A DNA stretch of 64,000 bases from a virus. Its lineage: Duplodnaviria > Caudoviricetes. Below the pieces are notes generated by a model, which was not told the origin of the DNA, searched no databases, and saw nothing but the letters and a program-made list of their open reading frames with translations. The first letter of the stretch is position 1, and the number at the start of each line of letters is the position of its first letter. Shown one piece after another: positions 37,378 through 47,409 of the stretch. The DNA lies in the IMG/VR virus record IMGVR_UViG_3300036770_002726, positions 541 to 64,540 of that record; one strand, given 5' to 3'. The translations under genes and the position numbers were made by a program.

Positions 37378-38781
37378 ATGCGAAAAATTATATTAAATCA
37401 AGGTCAGTTTAAACACTTGATTAAAGTTATAAAAGAACAAGAAGAGGAATATTATAAAATAAGTCCACAAGAATTATTGAATATGTTGGAATTGGGTTCT
37501 TATTCAAGTGCAGTTCTAAAACCAAAATTCTTTGAGGGTAAAAAATTATATGTGACTGGTAATTTGGATTTAAGTGATAAACCAATTAAAACATTGGGTA
37601 ATATTGCTTATATAGATGGGAATTTGAGTATAAACAATACAAATATTTCTAGTGTTGAGGGAGTTCAAGTTAAGGGACACATTTGGGATTCTGGTTCACC
37701 TGTTGAAGCTAAAAGAATTAGACAAGAAGAATTAAAGAAATTAGCTGAAGCTGAATCAAGAAGAGAAGATGGTGATTGGGATTTGACCAATCCAAACATT
37801 GATGAAGAAGGATTGGCAGCAAATGCTTTATTCAACCATTTAGTTAATGAGGGTAAACTAGATGAAATGGATGATGAAACCAAAGAATTAATAAATAATA
37901 AATTAGAAAGAATAGAAGAGCTTACTCAACAAGGAGTAGGATTAGAATCAGATTCTGAAGAAAGAGATGAATTGTATGAAGAAATAGATAGAATAGAAGA
38001 TGAAATAGAAGAACTAAAAGAAAAATATGGTGATGTATATTATATAATTCCAACAAATTATAAACCTTATGGAACATTATATAGTTTTGAGGTTACTGGA
38101 TTGAGAAATCAAGAATATATGGTTGGAACTTATGATGATATGTATGAAGCAGCAATTGAAAATACAGAACAATTATTGGATGATGTTGGATTGGATGGTA
38201 TACACCAATATATAATAGAGAGCAATCTTGATCAAAATAGTATTAGGGAATATATTGAGGAGTTCTATGATAACGATATAAGAGAAAGTCCAGAAAGTTA
38301 TTTTAGACAAGATGATTATGAATTAACTGATGAACAAGAAGAAAGAAAAGAAGAGTTGGAACGTTATATCAATGAAATGGAAGACCTCAAAACTGAAAAA
38401 GAAGAAGAATTGGAAGATACCGAAGATGAGGATGAAAAAAGTAAATTAGAAAAAGAAATTGAACAAATTGAAGAGAATATTGAAAAGGCTCAAGATGAAT
38501 TTGATAGTATTGAACCTGATGATGAACCAACAGAAGAAATGATTGAAGAAAAAGTAAGTTATTATGTTAGAAGAGCTATGGATAACCCAGTTCGTTGGTT
38601 AAGAGGTATGGGTGAGGATGATAGAATCCAATATCATGTTAATTTTAGAGGAGTCGCTGAAGATATTGTAGAACATGATGGTATTGGTACATTATCAAGT
38701 TGGGATGGAAGTTATGATGATGTTTATATAACAGGACCTGATGGTATTAGATACAATTTTGTTGTTATAAGAAACAATTAA
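37378..38781 (+). CDS. Leader-bearing acidic protein with short LRR-like repeats
   Basis: MRKIILNQGQFKHLIKVIKEQ; VTGNLDLS/IDGNLSIN repeats; acidic coiled coils. Confidence 0.65.
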   Translation: MRKIILNQGQFKHLIKVIKEQEEEYYKISPQELLNMLELGSYSSAVLKPKFFEGKKLYVTGNLDLSDKPIKTLGNIAYIDGNLSINNTNISSVEGVQVKGHIWDSGSPVEAKRIRQEELKKLAEAESRREDGDWDLTNPNIDEEGLAANALFNHLVNEGKLDEMDDETKELINNKLERIEELTQQGVGLESDSEERDELYEEIDRIEDEIEELKEKYGDVYYIIPTNYKPYGTLYSFEVTGLRNQEYMVGTYDDMYEAAIENTEQLLDDVGLDGIHQYIIESNLDQNSIREYIEEFYDNDIRESPESYFRQDDYELTDEQEERKEELERYINEMEDLKTEKEEELEDTEDEDEKSKLEKEIEQIEENIEKAQDEFDSIEPDDEPTEEMIEEKVSYYVRRAMDNPVRWLRGMGEDDRIQYHVNFRGVAEDIVEHDGIGTLSSWDGSYDDVYITGPDGIRYNFVVIRNN

Positions 38782-38816
38782 TTTATTTTTTAAAAAACTT
38801 TAATTATATTTTTGAT

Positions 38817-39518
38817 ATGAGAAAAAATAAATTAAAGTTTGTGATGGACACAGATTGGATATTTGATGGAGTCATAGACGCAGAACAGAAACAATATGTA
38901 TTATTAGGTTATTTCCAAAAATTGAATAAACAATTGGAAGAGATGAAAGTCTATCCTATGTTTACTGAAATAACACTACATCTTGCAAATGTCCAAAACA
39001 TCATCAAAAATAATAAAATATTATATACAGATAAGAAACTCACCAATTATGATGATGAGTTAACTTTTATTGATTTAAAAACAAAAGATTTACCCCCACT
39101 CAAAGTTACTGAATTAAACGAACTCAAAACTATATTACAATATAGTTTATCCAAACTCCAAGATTATTTTGATATTATCAAATCATTATGGACAGTTGTA
39201 TATGATTCAATTGAAATTGTATCAATTCATAATGAAGATAATATTGGTTCTAAGAAAGGTTATTTCACTACCAAATCTAGTCAAAAAATTAAGATTTGGG
39301 AGTACAATATTAGAAAGTACAAGGGTTATGACAAGTTCAATATTGAGGAAAAACTTGAGGATAATTTGTTAAAACATATTCATTCACCAGATAATACACT
39401 ACCAGCATTTTATCTTCATTGTGAAAAAGACATACCGATGGAAGAAACTCTAATACCATTATTCAAAAGAAAGGTTATGTCATATGTATTACAAACAAAA
39501 AATTTAGCGATAAGATAA
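38817..39518 (+). CDS. Conserved hypothetical protein
   Basis: DW..G.ID.E.K.Y.LL.Y pattern. Confidence 0.6.
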   Translation: MRKNKLKFVMDTDWIFDGVIDAEQKQYVLLGYFQKLNKQLEEMKVYPMFTEITLHLANVQNIIKNNKILYTDKKLTNYDDELTFIDLKTKDLPPLKVTELNELKTILQYSLSKLQDYFDIIKSLWTVVYDSIEIVSIHNEDNIGSKKGYFTTKSSQKIKIWEYNIRKYKGYDKFNIEEKLEDNLLKHIHSPDNTLPAFYLHCEKDIPMEETLIPLFKRKVMSYVLQTKNLAIR

Positions 39519-39560
39519 TTTGATTAGTAAAAATAAATTTTATATATTTTTTTTAAAAAA

Positions 39561-39767
39561 ATGGAAAACCTTAAACTTAGAATGACTCTAACCGATGGAA
39601 AAGGTTGGAAAGAAACAAAAATTATTCAATTATCACATTATCTTTTAGAAAAAGAAAAGGGAAATAGTTTACTTGATGAAACCTTGGAAAAATTAATTGA
39701 TAGTCAAAAAATTATTGAAAATAGTAGAGAAGAAAATAAAATAAATTATCAAAATTGGAGACCTTAA
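39561..39767 (+). CDS. Hypothetical protein
   Basis: ORF. Confidence 0.5.
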   Translation: MENLKLRMTLTDGKGWKETKIIQLSHYLLEKEKGNSLLDETLEKLIDSQKIIENSREENKINYQNWRP

Positions 39768-40000
39768 TGAAAACTTGGGAAAATAAAGAAATGGTTAATC
39801 ACCCTAGTCACTATGGGGGAGCTGATAATGTTTACGAAGCGATAAAAGTGATTGATGCTTGGCAACTCGGATTTGCTTTAGGGAACACTGTGAAATACAT
39901 TAGTAGAGCGGGGAAAAAAGACCCCAATAAAGAATTGGAAGATTTAAAGAAAGCAATGTTTTATCTTCAACATCATATAAATAAGTTAGAAAATAAATGA
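39767..40000 (+). CDS. DUF3310 family protein
   Basis: VNHPSHY, GN.VKYI.RAG.K, EDLKKA..YL. Confidence 0.85.
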   Translation: MKTWENKEMVNHPSHYGGADNVYEAIKVIDAWQLGFALGNTVKYISRAGKKDPNKELEDLKKAMFYLQHHINKLENK

Positions 40001-40791
40001 ACGCACCGATAAGATACTTTGGCAGCAAAGGGGGATTTTACAACAAAATAATTGAACAATTCCCCACCGAACCTTATGATATATATGTTGAACCATATGG
40101 GGGGACTTATATTGTTGGATTACAAAAACCTGAAGTTCCAGTAGAAATTTATAATGATTTGGAGCAAAATGTTTATTCATTGTATAAAGTTATTGGAGAC
40201 AAAGAAATGTTTGAAGAGTTCAAACAGAAGTGTGATTTATCCTTATACTCCGAAGATTTAAGAAATGAATATAAATCTGAACTTAAAGAAGAATTATCAT
40301 TGGTTGATAGAGCATTTTATTTCTTTTATGTTAATAGAACATCACATAACGGAATTGGTGGATTTTCAATGAACTCAAGTATTAGGAGAAAGATGTCAAA
40401 AGCAACATCAGATTATCTAAGTTGTATTGATAGATTACCTGAACTTCATCAAAGATTATCAAAGGTAATGATATCCAATATGGATGGTGTTAAACTTATT
40501 GAGAAATATAAGGATAAACCAAATTGTTTAATATATGCTGATCCGCCTTATCATCAATCAACAAGAACTGGTGCAAGATATAAACAAGATATGGATGATA
40601 AACAACAAGAACAATTTGTTGAAAGTGTATTAAACTCTAAAGCAAAGATATTGATTAGTGGTTATGATTGTGAACTCTATAATAAATTAACTGAAAATGG
40701 GTTCACAAAAATTCAATTTGAAGTAAAAACAATTGATGGTAACTTCAACCCCAAAACTAAAACTGAAACCCTTTGGAAAAATTATGAATAA
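39997..40791 (+). CDS. DNA adenine methyltransferase (D12/Dam class)
   Basis: YFGSK, YVEPYGG, YND and DPPY motifs. Confidence 0.9.
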   Translation: MNAPIRYFGSKGGFYNKIIEQFPTEPYDIYVEPYGGTYIVGLQKPEVPVEIYNDLEQNVYSLYKVIGDKEMFEEFKQKCDLSLYSEDLRNEYKSELKEELSLVDRAFYFFYVNRTSHNGIGGFSMNSSIRRKMSKATSDYLSCIDRLPELHQRLSKVMISNMDGVKLIEKYKDKPNCLIYADPPYHQSTRTGARYKQDMDDKQQEQFVESVLNSKAKILISGYDCELYNKLTENGFTKIQFEVKTIDGNFNPKTKTETLWKNYE

Positions 40792-41146
40792 GATTTTTTT
40801 GATTGACATTGATGGGACAATATGTGAAGACATAAATAATGAAGATTCCCATTTATTTCCATTTGCATTACACTTTGAAGAAAGTAGATTGATGTTAAAT
40901 AAATGGTATGATGAAGGAAACATTATAACTTTTTTTACCGCAAGAGAGTCAAAAGATAGACATATTACGGAAGATTGGTTAAGATTAAAAGGATTCAAAT
41001 TCCACGGACTAATAATGGATAAACCAAGATGTAAGGATGGTCAAGAATATCATTGGATTGATAATAGACCAGTTAAAGCAACAACATACAAAGGAACTTG
41101 GAGTGAATTAATAAAAACAGAAGCAAAAATAGAAGTGTTTAAATGA
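40784..41146 (+). CDS. HAD-family phosphatase
   Basis: DIDGT, FTAR, TEDWL, KP, WIDN. Confidence 0.8.
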   Translation: MNKIFLIDIDGTICEDINNEDSHLFPFALHFEESRLMLNKWYDEGNIITFFTARESKDRHITEDWLRLKGFKFHGLIMDKPRCKDGQEYHWIDNRPVKATTYKGTWSELIKTEAKIEVFK

Positions 41147-41964
41147 ATGTATTGAGTCTTTTCGATGGGATTAGTTGTGGTCAAATTGCCCTAAATAGAA
41201 TTGGTATTAAGTATGAGAATTATTACTCCTCAGAAATTGATAAAAGTTCAATTAAGGTCACACAACAAAATTATCCCAACACAATTCAATTGGGTGATAT
41301 AACGGAAATTAAAGGAAGTGATTTACCACAAATTGATTTATTAATAGGTGGGTCACCTTGCCAAGGATTCTCAAAGGTAGGAAAACAATTGAATTTCAAT
41401 GACCCAAGGAGTAAATTATTCTTTGAGTATGTTAGACTATTAAAAGAAACAAATCCAAAGTATTTTTTATTGGAGAATGTTGTAATGAGAGAAGAATGGC
41501 AAGATGTAATCACTGAACATCTCGGTGTGAAACCAATTAAGATTAATAGTAGATTAGTTTCAGCACAGAATAGACCAAGGCTGTATTGGACAAATATTCC
41601 AAATATAACACAACCAAAAGACTTGGGATTAAATATTTGTGATGTTATCACTCCAGACTTTAAGGACAAATATCCAAACTATTTGGATTTACCATTTTAT
41701 GGTAGGGGAACAAGAAAGGATGTTGTTAAGTCATATAAAGATAAGGCATCTTGTTTAACAGCATCAATGTATAAAGGACAGGTTTCATCTTTTTGTAAAA
41801 ATGAATTGGGTCAGATATACAAATATACACCACAAGATTGTGAACTATTACAAACAGTTCCATTAAATTATACAAGGGGAGTCTCAAACACAGAAAGATT
41901 TAAATTACTTGGTAATGGATGGACTATAGATGTCATAACACATATATTTAAAAATATCAAATAA
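41143..41964 (+). CDS. DNA cytosine-C5 methyltransferase
   Basis: LFDGISCG, GGSPCQ, ENV, Q.R.RLYW, LGNGW. Confidence 0.92.
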   Translation: MNVLSLFDGISCGQIALNRIGIKYENYYSSEIDKSSIKVTQQNYPNTIQLGDITEIKGSDLPQIDLLIGGSPCQGFSKVGKQLNFNDPRSKLFFEYVRLLKETNPKYFLLENVVMREEWQDVITEHLGVKPIKINSRLVSAQNRPRLYWTNIPNITQPKDLGLNICDVITPDFKDKYPNYLDLPFYGRGTRKDVVKSYKDKASCLTASMYKGQVSSFCKNELGQIYKYTPQDCELLQTVPLNYTRGVSNTERFKLLGNGWTIDVITHIFKNIK

Positions 41965-41987
41965 GGGTCAGTTATGACCCTTTTTTT
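41963..41987 (+). terminator. Rho-independent terminator
   Basis: AAGGGTCA-GTTA-TGACCCTT + T run. Confidence 0.8.
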
Positions 41988-42020
41988 ATTTTATTGGATA
42001 TTTATTATAAAAATTCCAAA

Positions 42021-43205
42021 ATGATTTTATTAGAGTCTGAAAAATATGAGTTAAGTTATTTGGTTAAAAACAAAAAGTTAACTTACAATCACGATATAAC
42101 AAAAAAGTTGACAAAACTTTGGGAAGAAACAACAATTGAAGAAAGATTATTTTTAGTTGAATTCCTATCCACAATTTATCCTAAAAAAGTTAAATTAATA
42201 AATGAGTCTAGATGGTATAACACATTAGCCGACATTATAGGTATTTTTGACCCAACTGGAGTTGTTGATATTTTGAATGGTATAAGTTATTGGAGACAAG
42301 GAGATAAGTTGTTTGCTATATTATCTTGGATTGGAGCTGTTCCTGGATTAGGTGATTTGATAGCAAAACCAATAATTGGTGTTATGAAAATAGGTTCAAC
42401 ATCAACAAAAGCATTCAAAGCCGCAGTTGAGGCTGGTAATGCGGCTAAAATAGCTGAAACAGCATCAAAAGCTGGTGGTAAAGTTTCTTCTTTTGTTAAA
42501 GGTGCTTACACTTGGGGTGATAATTTGGTTAGTGTATTAAGAAAAACTGTGGGAAGAGTTCCTATTGGGTTACCTTTTTTAGCAGGTGGGGCGACATTAT
42601 CAGGTAAAGGATTCGTTAGAACTGTTGAGGAATGGGTTAATCTTTTTAAATCGGCATCGTCCCAAATGAAAGGAGCTGATGATGTTTATAAAGCCGTGTT
42701 ACAAGGTTCTAAACCATTAACTGCAGTTGAAAAAGAATTATTGTTAAAACAATTAGAAAAACAAAGTATTACAGCATTCAGAACATATAAAGGTACTGGA
42801 CAAAACTTTACCGAAAAATATATTTCAGGTGGATTAGGAAGAATTTGGGGTAATCGAGCAACAAGGTCTTTAATGACTAGAACAAAATCATATTTAGGTT
42901 TCTTGGATTATTTAGGTATTGGTAATTTTGATACCGATCCTGAAGATTTAATTAAAAAAATACCAAATGTTGAACAAAAATTAGAAGAATATGGTAAAAC
43001 ACCTCAAGGAAAGAAAAATTTTGAAGATGATTTTGGTAGTGTAACAAATGTAATACCACCAGGATTAACTGCTGACGAATATGAAAAAATAAAGCATAAA
43101 ATAGTAGCACCAAGTAGTGGAAAAGTTGGAGGATTTGATATATCGGATGCTTTAGGACAAAGTTCAAATCCTATAATTTCATTATTTGCAACAGTATTAA
43201 AATAA
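42021..43205 (+). CDS. Hypothetical protein with pre-toxin-TG-like hydrophobic domain
   Basis: DIIGIFDPTGVVDILNG..Y..GD...A.LS..GAVPGLGD; ATATTTAT at 41998. Confidence 0.55.
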   Translation: MILLESEKYELSYLVKNKKLTYNHDITKKLTKLWEETTIEERLFLVEFLSTIYPKKVKLINESRWYNTLADIIGIFDPTGVVDILNGISYWRQGDKLFAILSWIGAVPGLGDLIAKPIIGVMKIGSTSTKAFKAAVEAGNAAKIAETASKAGGKVSSFVKGAYTWGDNLVSVLRKTVGRVPIGLPFLAGGATLSGKGFVRTVEEWVNLFKSASSQMKGADDVYKAVLQGSKPLTAVEKELLLKQLEKQSITAFRTYKGTGQNFTEKYISGGLGRIWGNRATRSLMTRTKSYLGFLDYLGIGNFDTDPEDLIKKIPNVEQKLEEYGKTPQGKKNFEDDFGSVTNVIPPGLTADEYEKIKHKIVAPSSGKVGGFDISDALGQSSNPIISLFATVLK

Positions 43206-43211
43206 AAAACA

Positions 43212-44876
43212 ATGATTAAAAAACGAAAAAACCTCTTAATTGAAAGTGGTATAAGGGACATAAAAGATTTAGCTAATCGATATAGAGATGGTGGAGCAAA
43301 AATATATTTTCATCAAGATTTGGATGGTGTTACTACGGCTTTAGCTATGAAAAAGTATTTGGAAAGATATGGGATTGAAACAGTAGATGCTGAAGTTATA
43401 CAATATGGAACATCAGAATTTGCGATTAAGAAACCAGATGCTAGTGGTAAAATTATGCCAGTATTGGTAGATTTTGCACATGGTAAACCTATGTTTTTAA
43501 TTCATACGGATCACCACGATACACAAGCTGGGACTGAATTTACCAAATCAAAACAATTTTCACATTCAAGGTCAAATGTTAGAACAATATCTGATGTAAT
43601 ATCCCCAAACGATTTATTTTATGGAACGGATATTCAAGCAATATCAACAATTGATAGTGCGGATTTTATTAGATATAATATTACACCGCAGGATATTCTA
43701 AATTTTAATTTTAGAGATTCTAGTAATAAGAATAGATTTATGCTTATGTTTATTGTTAATAAATGGTTATTGGCATACAAAAGTAAGAATAGATTTTTGG
43801 AAACATTAGTATTGGATTGTACCCCATCCGCAATAAATATTTATTTGAAAATAAAAGAATTAGTTGGTGGTAGTTTTGATGAAAAATCTCAAGAATTATT
43901 AGAAAATCAAATTCATTATATTGAAAATAGAAAAACAGATAAAGACATTGATGTTGATGATAAAATTATCTTCCAATATGGAATTGGGTATTCAAAACCG
44001 ACTGGTTCTTATGACAGATATACCCCATTCATTAATAATCCAGATGGTGATTTCTTAATAACAGCATTTCCGATGGGGATGGTTCAAGTATCTTGTAATC
44101 CATTTAAGACAGATAGAGCATTGAAAGGTATTAATTTAGGTAAAATTAAAGATGAAGTATTGAGTGAATTTGAAACTGAACTTAAAAATATTAAAGTTAG
44201 TCTATCATCTTTAAAATGGATTTCGGAAAGTGACCCAGGGTTTACTGAAGAATCAGTTGGTTTCACATATAGAGATTTAAAAGCATTGTATGGTAACGAT
44301 TATGTAATCCAAGATGTAAGTGAAGAGGAATTACAAAATATAATGAATCAACATTTTGATAAATTATCAGAAGAAGAAAAAGAAATATTAGATGATATCT
44401 ATATAACTGGTTGGGACATTGTACTTAGAAATAGTGGTGGACATAGATGTATAACCAATATTTCAGGTTTAAATTATTTGGTTAGGTCTAAAAGACCACC
44501 AGAAAAGGAACAAAAAACATCTAAAAAAACTAATGATGAAGATAAGATTATTAAAGTTGATATTAATGATTTAATTATTGAAAATATAGAACTTAATACA
44601 TCGTTATTTAAAATGAAACGAGGGAAAAAACAACCTTTAGATAATGGTTCTTACTATATTGATACAATGAGAAGTGTTGTCAAAGTTAAAGATGGTGTTG
44701 TTGTTAAAATAACCAAATATAATCCATTTGGTGTTAAGAAAGATGAAACACCATATGTTGGATTTGTTAAACGAATTGCGGAATCATTTAAGGCTAGATT
44801 AATTCAAATGATACAAAGTGAAAATGTTAATGAAAACTATTTTAGGAATATAATTAAAAAAGTAATCAGAGGTTAA
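43212..44876 (+). CDS. DHH-family phosphoesterase
   Basis: HQDLDG, VDF, TDHH and SGGH motifs. Confidence 0.7.
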   Translation: MIKKRKNLLIESGIRDIKDLANRYRDGGAKIYFHQDLDGVTTALAMKKYLERYGIETVDAEVIQYGTSEFAIKKPDASGKIMPVLVDFAHGKPMFLIHTDHHDTQAGTEFTKSKQFSHSRSNVRTISDVISPNDLFYGTDIQAISTIDSADFIRYNITPQDILNFNFRDSSNKNRFMLMFIVNKWLLAYKSKNRFLETLVLDCTPSAINIYLKIKELVGGSFDEKSQELLENQIHYIENRKTDKDIDVDDKIIFQYGIGYSKPTGSYDRYTPFINNPDGDFLITAFPMGMVQVSCNPFKTDRALKGINLGKIKDEVLSEFETELKNIKVSLSSLKWISESDPGFTEESVGFTYRDLKALYGNDYVIQDVSEEELQNIMNQHFDKLSEEEKEILDDIYITGWDIVLRNSGGHRCITNISGLNYLVRSKRPPEKEQKTSKKTNDEDKIIKVDINDLIIENIELNTSLFKMKRGKKQPLDNGSYYIDTMRSVVKVKDGVVVKITKYNPFGVKKDETPYVGFVKRIAESFKARLIQMIQSENVNENYFRNIIKKVIRG

Positions 44877-44878
44877 GA

Positions 44879-45226
44879 TTAAAGGGGGAATAATACATTA
44901 TCCCCCTTTTTTATTCCTAATTTTTTACAAGTCCCACCTCTAACTTCAAGTATAAAGTTTCCTTCACCACAATAATTTTTATGTGATTCATCAGTCATTG
45001 GTTGACAATTGTGATGTATTTTGGTGATTACATCATTATCAATAAAGATAATATCAAGAGGGATAATACAATTTTTCATCCAAAAACAATGTTCTTGGTT
45101 TCTCATAACAAATAACATTCCATTGAATGTTTTGTCGAAGGTTTTATTCATCATTCCTTCTTGAGTTTCTTTGGGTGATGTTTGAATTTTTACCTTGAAA
45201 ATGTTGTCATTTATACTTAACTTCAT
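44879..45226 (-). CDS. DUF192 family protein
   Basis: GMM...GMLF...FWMKN..IPLDIIFID...LEV.GG. Confidence 0.85.
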   Translation of the reverse strand: MKLSINDNIFKVKIQTSPKETQEGMMNKTFDKTFNGMLFVMRNQEHCFWMKNCIIPLDIIFIDNDVITKIHHNCQPMTDESHKNYCGEGNFILEVRGGTCKKLGIKKGDNVLFPL

Positions 45227-45252
45227 ATATATAAATATAATAAAAAATTATT

Positions 45253-45639
45253 ATGGGAAATTGTGCAGGTATTTTATTAAAATATAAAAATCATTGTTTA
45301 TTATGTAAACGGAGTCAGAAAGGGAGTTTACCTGGTATTTGGTCAGTTCCTGGAGGACATTTGGAGAAAGGAGAGGATATTCAAGATGGTGCTGTAAGGG
45401 AGTTTAAGGAAGAGACTGGATATCAGATTGTTGATAACTTGGATTATGTAGCAACATTGAATGGCGGGTCAAAAATGAAATTCTATTTGTTCTTATATGA
45501 GATTGATAAAAAGATAAATATTGATTTGGATGATGCTCAAGATGGGTATGAACACGAGGAATGTGGGTGGTTTACCAAAAAAACTTTACCTAAAAAGGTA
45601 GAAAATCAACTTTTTTTTATAATAAATAAGATTTTTTGA
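45253..45639 (+). CDS. NUDIX hydrolase
   Basis: PGGHLEKGE....AVREFKEETG Nudix box. Confidence 0.92.
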   Translation: MGNCAGILLKYKNHCLLCKRSQKGSLPGIWSVPGGHLEKGEDIQDGAVREFKEETGYQIVDNLDYVATLNGGSKMKFYLFLYEIDKKINIDLDDAQDGYEHEECGWFTKKTLPKKVENQLFFIINKIF

Positions 45640-45704
45640 AAAATTCAATATATTTATATTTCACAAATCCCCAACTTCCCTTTCTTATGTTGGTCAATAT
45701 ATAG

Positions 45705-45740
45705 AACTCCGATAATTGTAAAAAATTATTGGAGTTTTTT
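45705..45740 (+). terminator. Rho-independent terminator
   Basis: AACTCCGATAAT...ATTATTGGAGTT + T run; near-copy at 46226. Confidence 0.7.
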
Positions 45741-45774
45741 GTTTTTTATTTATATATTTATCCAAAACTGAATT

Positions 45775-46212
45775 ATGAAAAAAACTATCAGATTATCTGA
45801 AACAGATTTAAGTAGATTAGCTCAAATTATATCTGAAGAATATCCTGAAATAAATTATGGTGGTTGTGGTGTTTTCGCAAGAGCGTTTCACAATGTTACC
45901 AAATTACCATATGTTTTAATTATTGATGATGGATTACCAGATGAAGACCCACCAATACACGTTATGATTAAATTACCTAATGGTAAATTATTTGATGGGG
46001 AAGGAATTAAAACAAAACAAGAAGTTAAAGAATATTACAAATATGATTTGGAAGGTAAATTGATATTCCTTGAAGATGTTGATGGTTCAATTTTGGATAA
46101 TTATTATGAAGAACTTGGAAGTGGATTATTTACACATTGCCATAAAGATGATTATGATGATATTTTTAATATTATTAAAAGTGTGATGGAGGGAATCTCA
46201 AAATCTTCATAA
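45775..46212 (+). CDS. Leader-bearing protein with possible Cys-His-Asp (papain/transglutaminase-like) triad
   Basis: MKKTIRLSETDLSRL leader; GGCGVFA...IHVMI...LFDGEG. Confidence 0.55.
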   Translation: MKKTIRLSETDLSRLAQIISEEYPEINYGGCGVFARAFHNVTKLPYVLIIDDGLPDEDPPIHVMIKLPNGKLFDGEGIKTKQEVKEYYKYDLEGKLIFLEDVDGSILDNYYEELGSGLFTHCHKDDYDDIFNIIKSVMEGISKSS

Positions 46213-46223
46213 TTTACAAAACA

Positions 46224-46256
46224 AAAAAACTCCAATAATTTATTGGAGTTTTTTTG
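46224..46256 (+). terminator. Rho-independent terminator
   Basis: AAAAACTCCAATAA-T-TTATTGGAGTTTTT. Confidence 0.75.
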
Positions 46257-46327
46257 TTTTTATTAAAAATCTTTTCTTATTATTGTGTAATAATTGAACC
46301 TAAAAAACATTTACACAAATTTTTATT

Positions 46328-46570
46328 ATGATATACGCAAAAGTAATATTTTGGTCAAACGACATTAAGGATTTAGATATTGTATTACCATATCCACCAA
46401 GAATAGGTGAAAATCTTGAATTCCCAATTGGAACTATCAAATATAACAATGGAGTTGAACTTGAAGATAGGTCATTCAAGATTTCTCATATTGATTGGGA
46501 GTTTACAGAAATTTTAATGAAACCCAAATATAAGTTTGATAAATTATCAATTTATGTTGAATGTCCGTAG
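46328..46570 (+). CDS. Hypothetical protein
   Basis: PPRIGE motif. Confidence 0.5.
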   Translation: MIYAKVIFWSNDIKDLDIVLPYPPRIGENLEFPIGTIKYNNGVELEDRSFKISHIDWEFTEILMKPKYKFDKLSIYVECP

Positions 46571-46681
46571 AATTAATCATAACCAAAATAAATCCCAATA
46601 AAAAAATAATCAAACTTGGAACTTAATGGTTGTTTGATTGGTTATATTAGTATTGAATCACTTAATAAAAAACACAATCAT

Positions 46682-46918
46682 ATGACTACTGAAAAAACAT
46701 TGGGACAGATTTTACTAAGTAAAAGCAATGGTTTATTTGTTAATGACAAAGGTGAATACATCTATGTTGTTAGATACTACAATAACAACAAATTGAAGTA
46801 TCAGGTTATCTTTTCTAAAAGTTTGACTGAGATGGCAAGAAAACCAGCATTGAACACCATTGTTGAGAAGAAAGTGTTGAAATTAATTAACGATGAAAAT
46901 TATCAATTGGTAAAATAA
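46682..46918 (+). CDS. Hypothetical protein
   Basis: ATG 46682 downstream of a class B-like motif at 46616. Confidence 0.55.
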   Translation: MTTEKTLGQILLSKSNGLFVNDKGEYIYVVRYYNNNKLKYQVIFSKSLTEMARKPALNTIVEKKVLKLINDENYQLVK

Positions 46919-46936
46919 TTAAAAAAAATTTAAAAT

Positions 46937-47161
46937 ATGAACTTATTAAAATTGTTTCTCCCTAAAGAGAAAATGCAAACCATTACAGAAGTTGAAAGTT
47001 GGACTGTAACTTGGTATGTAAAAACGGGATGGTCAGATGATACACGAAGACAAGCAAAGGTTTTCATTAAAAATGAAGATGCGAAAGAATTTGAAAAACA
47101 ATTACTTGAACAAGCTAAATTCATAGGATGTTGGATAAAAACCAATTTAACTAAGAATTAA
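46937..47161 (+). CDS. Hypothetical protein
   Basis: ORF. Confidence 0.55.
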   Translation: MNLLKLFLPKEKMQTITEVESWTVTWYVKTGWSDDTRRQAKVFIKNEDAKEFEKQLLEQAKFIGCWIKTNLTKN

Positions 47162-47175
47162 AAAATAAAATTATT

Positions 47176-47409
47176 ATGAAAGTAGAAGAAGCTGAAAACT
47201 GGAATAATGTTCACTATAGAATGAATCAAGAAGGATTCCACTATTGTTTCAAACATTACTCCTCTTTCAAAGAAATAGAGGATGAAAAATTCCACGAGTT
47301 AAGACAAAAATACTTGGAAGTCGCCAAAGAATTGGAGGAATATGTCAAAAACAAAGTCAATGAAGCAAATTGGGAATTAGAATATGATGACGATGAAGAC
47401 GAATATTGA
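47176..47409 (+). CDS. Hypothetical protein
   Basis: EGFHYCF..YS.F.EIEDEKFH.LR motif. Confidence 0.55.
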   Translation: MKVEEAENWNNVHYRMNQEGFHYCFKHYSSFKEIEDEKFHELRQKYLEVAKELEEYVKNKVNEANWELEYDDDEDEY

